The position numbers and the translations under genes were made by a program. From the NCBI RefSeq assembly GCF_009834535.1, contig NC_045697.1, positions 22,198,001 to 22,262,000 on the forward strand: DNA of 64,000 nucleotides, given 5' to 3'. Shown here piece by piece: positions 12,091 through 24,679 of this stretch. The stretch's first letter is position 1; every line of letters begins with the position of its first letter. The notes under the pieces were generated by a model that saw nothing but the letters and a program-made list of their open reading frames with translations, made no database searches and was not told the origin of the DNA. Source of the stretch: Camelus ferus (taxonomy: Eukaryota).

Positions 12091-15000
12091 TATTTGTGTT
12101 TCTTTTTTTTTTATTTTTCCCCACTAGGAAATATTGCCTATATTTCATAATTATTGTGAAAAAATAATGTGTGCAAAACATAACACAGTATAAATGGTAA
12201 ATTCCTTTCTCCCTTCTCAGCTGTTTGCTAATTACACAGCATTTCCTTGGCAAAACCCAAAAATCTGACTGAGCATTAGTGAATTAGGGGGAATGAAGAT
12301 GGAGGAGAGAGAAAAATATTTCTCAGGATATTCTCAGCCTTGCAGAAGAAATCAAGACCAAATAGTTACTTGGAAATTTATTTGAATAGTACATTCCTGA
12401 TATAGCCTCACAGAGTCAGTTTCCGAGAGAAAATGCTTGAGCAATATAACTGAAAATATTTACCAAGGCATGGCAGAAAAAGTGGCTAAGTTTCCTTTGG
12501 AGAGACTTGGGACCAAAAGATATATTACATTTCAAATATAAAATGGCAATGCACTGTAATGTTTTGCTATCAGCTACACCAATTAATGCAGATGATGCTA
12601 ATTAAAACCAAATTTAGAGAGTGATTAGGTTCTTTCACCATTGTTAGGGAGAATTGATTCCTCTATAGATCTAATATGTTCAAGTAAGAAGTTAATGATA
12701 TATTGATTTATTTTAAAGCACCTAATTTAGATTATAATTCTGAGGAAAACATTTGTGTTAATACTGAATATTAAATGACAAACGTTTTCTCTTGGAAAAG
12801 AAATGGCACCATTTGTGTAACCCTAGAGCAAGGCACATGTTGATGTTTCAAATAAATTATTGTGTATGGCTGCATAATCTCAATTTTAGTCTTATAAAAC
12901 TTATAATACAAGCACTCTATTGCACATGTGCTCATTTATATGGCAGTATACAGCTGTGTGTGGCATAATAACTTTATTGAACAAAATTATGTGCTGTAGA
13001 ACTTGCTGCAAAAATTTCATGGTCCCATCTGGACTAGCTTTGCAATTGAGAAGGCTGAAGTGGGCAAAGATTTTTACAGAATTACAGAAAACAGCAGTAG
13101 CTGTCTGCTGTCAATTTTAACATTTAGAAAATAATGCCAGTAGGTGTTCCAACTCGTAGGGTGTCTTTTCAGACACAAAAGGGGTTTTCAATTTGGAACA
13201 AAGGCACTCTCACTATATGAAAGCCCCTAAATATAGATAGACATCTGGTTCATATCTGAATGTATTAGACTTCATTTATAATATTCCTAAAATCTTGTAT
13301 CTTAAACACAACAAACCAGTTGATTCTTATTTCACCAAGATAGGCAGTTAAAATAGCTATGATCCTGAAAAATTATTTTCTGAGGGCTTAAATTTGGCTA
13401 ATGTGATAAAAGATTTAGTGATGCTATCTGTTTTTTATGAGGAAAAGGTTAAAGGATGAGGTAGAGTAAATGGCAGGACACAGCATTCATTGCTCTTACG
13501 AGTATCTTCCATCTTTCTTTCCTTCTCATTCTCCTTGCCTCCCTCCCTCCCTTCCTTTCTCCCAAACAAAATATGACACAAGAAAAAAAGAAAGAAAAGA
13601 AAAAGAAACAGCACAAGGTCCATCTATTTAAAATCCAGTGAAACTGAGTTTAGAACGAGAAAATAGTGTATTCCTAGAAGGTAGTTCTTATGTCTAGTAC
13701 AGCGGTAACGACCATTATCATTGCCTTCAGTGTTGACTAATCTTTATACTGTGATGGTGTATTTTATGTATTTTGAGGTCTACGTATGTACTATATATAC
13801 ACTTTTATAAAGATGGGGAAACTTCAGGAAATACATTAATTACATGGTGAAACTAGGGTTGTGAGCAGTAGTAGTGTGGACAAAAGTAAGTTGATGGTAA
13901 AAATGTGTCTTGAATAATTACTTAAAACGAATAGAAGCTATTTTCAAAGATTATAGTAAGGGCAAGTTGGCTAGATATTAAACCACTTGTAACAAAAGCC
14001 TGTGGGTTAAAACAAAAATTCCATGAAATGTTCCACAGCCTGACTCCTATGTTCTCATTAAAAAATATTAAATTAAGCAAAACCAGGTAATATATTTTGA
14101 TTCAAAAAACAAAATAATAAGACAAATATTGTGTATTTGTACATATGATTTTGAAATTTTCTTTAGAATATATTTTAAAATTAGTTTAAATTTTAGTTTG
14201 TATCATAAAACATTAAACATATGCTTATCCATGCATAATGAATAAGCGTAACAGAGCATGTTTTATATATGTGTATATATATATATATTATTTATAATCA
14301 ATGTACAAATACACTCACATATATGAGGAACGCTTTTACTGAATCAGACCTCAAATCTTGTTAATCATGTGATGGTTTTTATGTGTATAGTTACCTGCCT
14401 GATGCATTTGATGATCATCATATATTTTTTTTCTCAAATCTGTAGGGACCCACAAACTCCTAGTCTATTCCAGTTCACACACACATTTACCAGCATGGAT
14501 TTACATTTTAAAAGGAAGTTAAAAAGCACGCCTACTAACACAGCCATTAAATCATGAGGTGAGGAATAAGTGAGCCAAAGTCTGATTATAGAGAAGCTAT
14601 TTGGAACAGTACCTTTTGTTGCTACTTTTAAGGTTGAGAATAGTTGCCTAAATGAAGGGAAAAATCCAATAGCGTGTTTATATTTGAAGTTGGGAACAGA
14701 AATATTTACCCCTACTTCTATGATTAATGTAAACATCTTTTCTTAAGTATAATATTGAAGTCCAATTAACCAATTGTACACAACAATGTAACAACAAAAG
14801 CATCACTTGGACTGTACTTCTTAAACTAATTATAAATTCCTGGGGAAAAGAAAAAGTGTGCTAAGCCAATATGATAGAACATAGCTTCTTCCACTATGTA
14901 GAGCACGCTGCTTTGCTTTTATAAACAACCATAGCAAACAGCCCTTCCTCCACCCCACAAATGCTGTACATCTAGCTGTTTTCCCCTAACTGAGAATCAC

Positions 15001-16889
15001 CAACATAATTATAAATGCACATACTTGAAATATATTAACTCAAAAATAGAGAATCTTTATTTGACCTCTAGAGACAAGGAAAACGGGCATGATTCCAGTC
15101 AAAATTTAAATCTAGGGGTATAGTAGCCTCTCAAGGGGATAGAATGATAAGCCTTCAGGTGCCATGTGCCTTTTACCCCGGTTCACACAGTTCCAAATCA
15201 GATGATTCCTCTTTGAAGCAATGTGCACGGTTTCACTGCTGAAAACCACTGAAAATATTCCTATATTTCATGTAGACTGTTTTTTGTTTTTTTAAAGTAA
15301 ATTGACCTAAGTAAGTTTGCTAGAGTTATAGGCTCTACTTAGGTCATAGGAACAGAGGCCAGGATTTGTGCAAGGATGCTAACAAAACTAGCTTCTGGTC
15401 CATGATTTGAATAGGCATAGAGATATAACCCAAGAAAACTGGAAGAATACACTAAAAACCAGTAACAAAACTTCACCAAAGTAGCAGGTTTCTTTAAATA
15501 AACCTATGCTTTACTGATTAATGCAAATTTTACTGCAACTGTGGCATGAAATAATTATTCTTCGAGATATTCTCAGCTCAACTTAATAGAAAAATCAAGG
15601 GGGAGAATGACACTTGTGTCTGTTATATTGATTCTGTCTATAGTTATAGCCCCAAATATTTTGACATGTGCATTCCTGTAATATCTGAAGCTCCGCTCCA
15701 TTTATAATCATAATTCTCCTGCTGAGAGCACGGCTTGTGCTGACGCCAGCCTGCACCTCTCTCCCTGAGGTCAGCAGAAAAGTAATTTATATATTTTAAT
15801 TAGTCTCAACTTTTGCTCTGAGTGGATGGCTTTCTCTTAAATCATAACACTTCCATAGTTAAATGCATCCCTTTAAGAGTAATAGCTGTTTTCACATTAT
15901 TCATTCACGTGCCGCTCTTTGAAAAGGCACAGTTGGTTTGGAAAAATAAAATAAATCATGCTTGTTGAAAATTTCTTTTAAAATACTCACCAAGTGTTTG
16001 TGTGTTTTAAGCTTCTTGATCACCCCCCAGCGTCCCAGCCAGAAGCATACTTTCATTTAAATGTGTTTATTTTAGATTCTTTCTTCTTTGCAGACTTTCC
16101 AACTGAAAGATTTAATGTAAAGGACAATGAACAGGTCCAAAGCAAATCTCGAGCCGTAGTAGTAGTAGTTTTAGCTTACTCACCAAGAAGTTTTTCTGTC
16201 AGAAGTTTCCACACAGTATACATTTCACCACCAAAAAAAGTGCTAAAAAATTTTTTTTTCTTTAGAAATTGCAACACTCCTCTCTTGGCTCTAAGCTTCA
16301 TTATTTTTCATTGCTCACAAAATATATTAAACCAGTTTCTTCACCTTAAGTGACATTAAATGAAATAGATTTTCTTTCCTTTTGTACAGATCCAGCACTA
16401 GCCTATTGGGTTATGTAAGCAAGACAAAGCCATTTTCCTCAAACTCATTTGGATCCCAGAAGGGTGAATACAAATCCTGCTAAGGTTCTGAATGAGAAAA
16501 GCTTCTTTTTTGGCCTTAGAGATTTACTTCATAGCTATTGGGACCACATTTCCCATGGTCCTCTAGTGGCTAGGGAAAATCTTTCCCATTTATAAGAAAC
16601 TGGCATCTATTAAAAATTGGGGAGACACATTTAATTTCATTTCATACGTAATTGGTAAGTATAGTCTATGTGCTGCATTATACTAAGTTTGTAGGAGAGG
16701 GCGGGGAAAGGGAGAGAAAGAGAAATAAATATGGGACAGAGACTTGGCCTTAAAAAAATTACGGGAAGAAGCCATGCATGCAGATGATAACTAATTCCCA
16801 GTGCAGGACAGAGTATCCTTTATCACTAGACTTTGAAGTAGAGGCAATACTAAAACAAGGAGTGAGACAGATTAGTAAGAATAATAAAA

Positions 16890-17097
16890 GCAATAACAAT
16901 GTCTAACACATATTGAACATTGACTATATACTAAGCACTGTTTGGTGTACTTTCTATTAACTCAGTATTTTCAGCAGTCTTAAATCAGAACTATTTTATT
17001 CCCATTTTAAAGACGAGAAATCAGTTTAGAGTGATTAATATGCTAAGATTTTGCAGTTCAGTGGCTGAAACAACACTGAAAACCAGTTAGTCTAGCT
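16890..17097 (-). mobile_element. MIR SINE (antisense)
   Basis: ctaacacatattgaacattgactatatactaagcactgtt...attcccattttaaagacgagaaa. Confidence 0.72.
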
Positions 17098-17945
17098 TGA
17101 GGGCACATGGGATGGCCTGAGGTCCTAAGGAGGGGTCAAAGTGAAACATAAAAAAGCAAAACAGAACGAAAATCCCCCAAATCTTCACTGACGACTTCAC
17201 CGTGTGAAATCGTATTTCTGTGACAATGCAGCAAGTCAAATTTCTGAGTTTTATTTCTCCTTTTGAATGTGAAGAATTATTTGGCCTACAGCTTGCAGGG
17301 TTTCTTGAATTTCAGATGGTTTATCTTGTAAAAGAACTTGGTAAAATTGCTCCGCAGATGTCAGTTTTTTTATCTGTTATTGAAGTTTCCTTTTCCTTTT
17401 TTTCTTTTTCCAAGAGGAACTAAGTGCTGCTTGAACTGCTTCTAATGGGAAGTTTGCAGGAAGCTGGGAGCATTTATTGGCTGAGTCTCACCCTAGTCAC
17501 AGGGCTTAACACTGAAAGTGATGTGGAGAGAAGGAAACGCACCTGAGTGCAGGTGCCCCAGGCAAAGCCACCTTTGCCGGGGAGAGATAGCTGTCTGCCC
17601 CCGTGAGGAAGCGTCCATCTCTGTTGTTACAACCGGCCTTTCTTCACAACAGGATCAGCTTTGAAAGGGAAAAACCAAGTTCACAACAGGTTTCATATGT
17701 GGAAAAAGTTAAACTAGGAAGCAGTGATTTACAAGACTTTCTCCCTAGTAACATACTCTTAGGTTATCAGCATAGCATAGTTTCAAAGATTTAAGATTTT
17801 TGTCACTGTGTTTGGTTAACATTATTTCATTGAAAAATCAAATGAAGGACTCTAACCACTTTACAGTAGGAGCAGAAACAGGCCCAATGTATATGTTTTT
17901 ATAAAATAAAACGTGGTGAATATATAGCTGTATATAGCAGTTTAG

Positions 17946-18088
17946 CTGCCCCGCCCAGCATGGTAACCATTACACCTGTACAGCTACTATTTTTAAATTA
18001 ATTAAAATAAAAATTTAGATCCTCGTCACAATAGCCATGATTTTCCAGCATGCTTTACTACTGCAGAAAGTTCTGTCGATGGTGCTGA
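17946..18088 (-). mobile_element. MER3-like DNA transposon with internal deletion
   Basis: ccagcatggtaaccatta...tttaaattaattaaaataaaaatttagatcctc...ctgcagaaagttctgtcgatggtgctg. Confidence 0.65.
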
Positions 18089-18090
18089 TA

Positions 18091-18326
18091 CAGAGTTGTG
18101 GTTAACAGGTCAAGCTGGACTCTAACTTCCTGCGTTTCAGTCCAGCTTCGTTTTCTAGCAGTGTGACCTTGGTCAAGTTAATCTTGAGTATCATTCTTCA
18201 CATGCAAAGTGGGGATGTTAATAATACCTATCTCATTTAGTTGTTATGAGAACTACATGAGGTAATATATGAAAAATACTTGGTATCCGGCGCAAAGAGC
18301 TTTATAAGTGCTGGCTATTATTATTA
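18091..18326 (+). mobile_element. MIR SINE, near full length
   Basis: gtggttaac...ctagcagtgtgaccttggtcaagtta...aagtggggatgttaataatacctatctca...gttgttatgaga...gctattattatt. Confidence 0.85.
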
Positions 18327-18989
18327 GGGACTAGCCATATTTTTCCAAGTCATTAAATTAAATGTAATTAATTGTTTAGAAAAGGATCCATTACACATCC
18401 CAAGATTAAAATCATTATGCTAATAGACACCTGTGAAGTTTAAAAGTAACACATTTCACTTCCATTTATTCATATATCAGCTCACTTTCAAAAAGGATTT
18501 GAGGCTATTAACAAAAATTTTTAAAGGACAGACACAACAGAACTAAAAATGATTAACCTAATTTTAAAAAAACAAAAACAAAAACAAAAACCAATGAGGA
18601 GGATGGGGATTTATAGAAGACCGTGGTTAACGGAAGCTGTTGCAATTGAACAGCAGACATTAGCTGAGGCTCCTTGTAGCTATAGCCAAAGGGAGACATG
18701 TAATTTAGGCACAATCTTAGTTTAAATTTTTTAAAAATTCAGATTGCATCCAAATAGATGTCAGAAAAGTTTCAGAGTTGCACCCATGTACAACGTGAAC
18801 CTTAACTCACTTTTCTGAAGTAACAGAACCTTATAGAACTGGTGGGAAATGTCCTATTACACATAGCTATTTTAATAGCCTACTATTGTTTGTAGATTAA
18901 AAAAAAGCAGATATAATCAATAGGCCCTACTAATCACCTAGGGGAAAGCTAAGAATATGTGAAACACCAGCTTAGAGGTGGGGTACTGA

Positions 18990-19225
18990 TGTAACAGCGG
19001 TTTAGCACTGAAGGTAGAGTCTGACTGTGTGGACTGAATCTCTCTCCTACATTATGAGCTGAATGATTTGGAAAACTCCCTAATCACTCTGTGTCTCAAT
19101 TTCCCATCTGTAAGATGGAGATAACAATTGGAACACTCTCACAGGCTTTTGTGGAGGATGAAACAGCAGACTGCCTGACGCTTAGTGCATAGACAATACA
19201 AGCAGTATTTAGTGTTCGTCAGTAG
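18990..19225 (+). mobile_element. MIR SINE
   Basis: ctctgtgtctcaatttcccatctgtaagatggagataacaa...ctcacaggcttttgtggaggatgaaa MIR core. Confidence 0.78.
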
Positions 19226-21358
19226 CAGCGAATGGCTGCCTGTGATTTTGGAGAATTCTCCTAACTCTTCTCATTCTTCATTTTCCTCCTGAAAATCTGG
19301 TGTAGAAGAAGGCTTTTGTCCATTGTCTGTATAGCAGAGATTATCACAGTAGAAAATAATAATTTAAAAATCTTAGTATAAAAATAAGAACTTTAGAAAT
19401 TTAGTTTTAATTTTCTACTTTTCCTAAAAGTGCTGTTCAGTATTTATGTGTGTTTTGATGCAGTTGCTAAAGGGTGTAGTTTTATGTGCTTTTTGCTCTT
19501 GTTATTGTTTTCCTTTTTAAAAAAATATTTGGACACTCTGGGAATAATTGTCTAAAGAGTTCTTCAACTTTAGAGGGAAAAAAGAGCAATATACGCTAGT
19601 GGAAATTACTTAGAGAAACCTGAGTAAATCTAGTAATTGCATGCCATCTGTGGTAAGGAAATTAAATAGTGCACTTAACGTGATTCAATAATTAAATATG
19701 TATTTATTAAATCATTTGTAATAGCTTTTGTATGTGACCTCAGGTCTCAAAGGCAACCACATAGTGATTACCCTTGAAGCTTCACTGAAAAGTGAATTAC
19801 AGAATCGGCTTTCTTTTCTTTTACTGCCTGAACACGCTGTACCTGGAAACCCCATTATAAAAGTAACTTTCCTGTTACTCACAACTCTTACGCACAACTT
19901 AATCACTGCAGTAGGACATGGGGTGAGAGTTGCAAGGGGTGGGGGTGAATGTCATGAAAAGTTGACAATAAACAGAAACAGAAAATTACCTGTGGGAGAT
20001 GGCAGATGATCAGAGATATTGAGACAGAAGGCAGACACTCTGCACAGCAGCTGGAGAGGAGAAAAGGTACATTAGTCAAATGAATTATGAGAAAAAAAAA
20101 AAGAAATCAAATTCCAGAGAAGTGCTAAGAGTGTCTTCCTTTTATTAGTTTTATTCAGATTTTGAGACACATTCTTTAGCTGCCCCTCTCCTTTTTTGTG
20201 AGTATGTTACTTAGGGAAAAGTATTTGAATTTTGGCTTTTGAGGAAGAGTGTAGAATTCAAGTGACTAACTTAGGAAATGTTTCATAAAACAGGCTGAGT
20301 TTAAGTTGGTGAACTTGAGTGATTTACTTTTAAAAATCACATTCTCACAGATCATGTCCAAATGTTTGTTTTATAAATCCATGAATTAACACTCAGGATG
20401 TGCATTCTTACTTCTAAACTAGATTTCCTGGGCAATCTGGTGAAAATAAATACTACAAAAATTTTAAATGGATGTTAGTGTTTCTTTCTCTTCCTGACTT
20501 TCGCTTGTTAATTTACAGGGTTTCCTTTTAAGGAACAACAGCTGTAAAATAGCCTTTGAAATTCCTGTTTAACCTCTTTGTCCTATTTCCTGAAACCAAA
20601 TGGACGTTTTATTATTGTAACTCCTACACCCACAGATTGCCATTCTGTTTTGTCCATCCTTCTCTTCATTTTCCACAGCTCAGTAAAGTTCATATTAAGG
20701 GAAATCCTTTCAAAAAGTCATTTTGAGGAAAAAGTTTCCCTTGAGCTAACATAGTTCTTATTTCTTCTATTTTCAACCTCACCTCTTAACTTCTTTCCAC
20801 TGTATTCTCAAATTTGCAGAGTTATGTAATTTTAGATAAGTCCCTCGCCCATTACCTACGGTGCCCACGCTTTACATTCCATCAAATAATACACCAAATC
20901 CTTCTGCACCTATGACAGAGTTCAATCTAGGTGCTTTAATAATCAAAATACAGAGATCGTTTGGAAAATAAGTGACATATGAATGAGAGACATTGAAAAG
21001 GAATCCAATTTTCTATACCATGTGTTATAACTAAATATGTAATTGAATTGTGTAATGAAAATAGAAAATAATATTAACACTGAAATATTGTCTGTCTAAT
21101 ATCTTGTAGCTTTAAAATGGCAGATTAGCTCTACTCAAGTAGTCGATTGCCAAACGTATCGCTGTAGCAGGATAACATTTTTTTTAGGCCATTTGTTCCA
21201 CCTGCTTCCATGTTTTGGCATAGGAAAACCTCACTCCAATTAGTGGAAATAGCGAAGCAGCTGTTTGTGATGTCAATAGAGAAATATTGTTATTTTGGTT
21301 GAAAGCAACTAAACTGATTAATATGAAAATTGAAGGTACACACAGACACATTGTATAT

Positions 21359-21764
21359 AATTTTTCTCTTTTTAATACGTGTTTTAATTGAAGTATAGTC
21401 AGTTTACAATGCTGTGTCAATTTCTGGTGTACAGCACAATACTTCAGTCATATAGGAACGTACATATATTCATTTTCATATTCTTTTTAACCATAAGTTA
21501 CTATAAGATAATGAATATAGTTCCCTATGCTATACAGAATAAACTTCTTGTTTATCTATTTTATATATAGTAGTTAGAATCTGCAAATCTCGAACTCCCA
21601 ATTTATCCCTTCCACCCCCTTCCCCTGCTGGTGACCGTAAATTTGTTTTCTATGTCTGTGAGTCTTTCTGTTTTGTAAGTAAGTTTGTTTGGCTTCTTTT
21701 TTTTTTAAGATTCCACATGTAAGTGCTGTCATATGGTATTTTTCTTTCTCTTTCTGGCTTACTT
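21359..21764 (-). mobile_element. 5'-truncated young L1 3' end (camelid-type)
   Basis: ttaattgaagtatagtcagtttacaatg...tttctggtgtacagc...agattccacatgtaagtg...ctggcttacttca. Flanked by cattgtatat at 21349-21358 and 21765-21774 (TSD). Similar to the copies at 24416, 41161 and 43662. Confidence 0.9.
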
Positions 21765-22763
21765 CATTGTATATTTTTGTTAATATAATACACAATTTCT
21801 GCACAAGACCTGCCAGAAGTTACAACAGAAACCACTAACAATGTGGTAAAAAGTTCTGGCAACTTCTAATAGAGCAAAATTTAAATCACTAAATTAGATA
21901 TATTTTGAGAATTAAAGATTTGTCATTAATTTTCAATTATATTGTTATCAGGAACTATTTTCCTATGTCAACACCATCTCTATCCCCAGTCTATACAGCA
22001 ATTATGTATTGGGATATTTTCAAAAAAATAATTTTGGACCAATTTTCTTACTAACTAGCCATAAAGATTTTCTTTATGCTGAAACAAACCCCATATTTGC
22101 TTTTTGCTGAAGTATATTGCTGCAGATGATAAAGGCAGAACTGAAAACTTTGATATTCATTGACTGCTGAGGTAAAGATGAATTTTTTCGTAAAACTCCA
22201 GAAAGCAATTCTTAGGAGGTCAAACTTTTTTTTTTTTTTAATTGACATAGGGCTAAAGGTGAATGTTTGGGGGAGCTTAGATAAAACTAGTTTTGCCACA
22301 TTTGAATTAAATGCTGGAGAGGAGGGGAAAATGTGTTCCCTGCTGGACCATAAGACTCCAACAGTTTCTTTTGCCTGCAAAATTCAAAAATGTCTTGTGG
22401 TATAAACCTCAAACTCAGAATAGTGTCCTCCTTATGGTATTGAGAAAAATGCAGTCAGAGCAAAAGCAATCCACGTTCACATTTATAAAGCTGAGAGTGT
22501 TTTGAAATTCATGCCTGGATGAGCATCATATAAGCATTTTTCTGGCTTCTCAAACTGACCTTTCTACTGTGGGACTCTTTTAAAGAGTTAGAAACAAGGG
22601 AAATCACAGATTTAAATATTAGGAACATATTTGTGCAAATCCTCTTTTGTGTAGACCTAATGGAGTTTTTAATCTGTTTGCTTGTTTTGCGCTTTTTGTA
22701 ATTCTTTAACTTTTACTTTTTTATTTTTTTAAGTTAAAATAGGCAATTTAAAGCAACATTTTA

Positions 22764-22912
22764 GGGAGGACGGTATAGCTCAGTGGTAGCATGCATGCTT
22801 AGGATACACAAGGTCCTGGGTTCAATCCCCAGTACCTCCATTAAAAATAAATAAACCTAATGACCCCTCAAAACTGAGCTATTTCAATAAATAAATAAGT
22901 AAAACATTTTAA
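22764..22912 (+). mobile_element. tRNA-derived SINE, camelid vic-1-like, with perfect 14-bp TSD
   Basis: Pol III A box tagctcagtgg, B box ggttcaatccc, A-rich tail. aaagcaacatttta at 22750-22763 and 22913-22926, with a tt|aaag L1-endonuclease-type site. Confidence 0.9.
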
Positions 22913-24039
22913 AAAGCAACATTTTACTTAATGATTGCAGCAGGCCTGAATGAATTGGGAAACAAGGAACATTAATAAGAATCAACTTTAACTTGATCTG
23001 ATTATCTCTAGTGTTTGACACCATGAGTTAGAAGTCAAAATTACATTTTCAAAAGGGCTCTAACTCAGAACTTGTGCTTTTATATTAAAAATATATTTGT
23101 GTCCCACCTAGTGTAAAATCAGTATTCTGAAGCCTTCTGAGGGAACATTTAACCATAAAGTAACTTGCCTAGTTTTAAACTCTTGCCATATGCTTTAAAT
23201 AGATGTAATAGTTTCAAGAAAAAAAGACATCTAGACGAATGCTTAATCAGCCCTGCATGTACAGGAAGTAATAAAGAAAACTGTTGCAGAAGGAATTTGA
23301 TCATTTTGAGCCTCATTTCTCTCTTTCTGTATTTAAATAAGAAAAAGATTAGGATGGTAATTCCAACCTTTAGAGTAGTTTGGAAACAAGCAAATTATAC
23401 GGACATGATAGAAATTGAGTGCCAATCCCCTTACCTTCCCCTGATAACTATGTTGAAATATATTTTTTCTCATCCAAATAGCTGACTTACTACCTCTCCT
23501 GAACCTATACAGAAAAATCAAGCCCATTATCATTTTGTGGGTTCTTATATCTCTCTTTTAATCATTATGGTCAAAGTAAGTCAAGGTAAATAGAGACATT
23601 AGGTTCCATTGACAAGGGCAACCATAGGTCATAGTTTGTAGCAGATGTGGAATGTATTGTTAGATTATTCATCAAAGAAATCAAATGGGAAGATAAAAAT
23701 GCATTAAGCCGTTTTATACGAAGGTATTAAAGAACTGTGCTGCTGTAAGAAAGTGCATCAAATTGCTTTTCTATTCAGTATGTCAATTGAAATATGGACA
23801 ATATTCTTGGAACTTGGTCTGTTTGTAAAATTCAACAGGGATCTTTATTCCTGATATCTGGCTCCTTTCCAAGCTTGTTAAATGTCTGGTAAAGTATCTT
23901 GGATTATAGGCTAATAAATGATACTTTTAATAGAATTCTAGGTTTTGGGACCATTACTTTTCCTTTTTCTTTTCTTTTTTTCCTTCTTTTCTCCCTTCCA
24001 CACAATTAAGACACTTTCTAATGTTGGTATACATGTTAT

Positions 24040-24402
24040 TCATTTTTTTTTTGAAGCATAGTTGACACAGAATATTATGTTAGTTTCAGATGTACAACTT
24101 AGTGATCCCACAATCAGACACATTATGAAAGGATGGCCACGACAAGTCCAGTAACCATCTATCACCACACAAAATTACTGAGGTATTATTGACTACATTC
24201 CTTATGATGTCTGTTACATCCCTGTGGCTTATTTATTTTATAACCAGTACTTTCTACCCCTTAATCTGCTTCACCCATTTCACTCAACTCTCCACTGCCC
24301 TTCCCTCTGGCAACCACCACTTTGCTCTCTGTATCTGTAAGTTTGTTTCTGTGTGGCTTTGTTGGTTTGTTTTGGTTTTTAGATTCCAGGTATAAATGAG
24401 AT
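24040..24402 (-). mobile_element. Older L1 3'-end fragment (L1MA9-like/laurasiatherian)
   Basis: polyT then gaagcatagttgacacagaatattatgttagtttcagatgtacaa...ccctctggcaaccacca...tttagattcca. Confidence 0.82.
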
Positions 24403-24415
24403 CTGTATACATTTT

Positions 24416-24416
24416 T

Positions 24417-24459
<43 letters not shown>

Positions 24460-24631
24460 TTTTTATTGACATATAGTCAGTTTACAATGTTGTGTCAATT
24501 TCTGGTGTACAGCACAATGCTTCAGTCATACATGAACATACATATATTTGTTTTCATATTCTTTTTCACCATAAGTTACTACAAGATATTGAATATAGTT
24601 CCCTATACACTATGAACTTGTTGTTTAATCT

Positions 24632-24679
<48 letters not shown>

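Noticed and set aside
16094..16134. Strong + strand acceptor ttcttctttgcag with possible 41-nt exon
   Set aside because: Only a poor donor (CAG|GTCCAA) follows and the length shifts frame.
22764..22840. Possible tRNA gene
   Set aside because: A/B boxes are present, but the A-rich tail, TSD and a second diverged copy show it is a SINE head.
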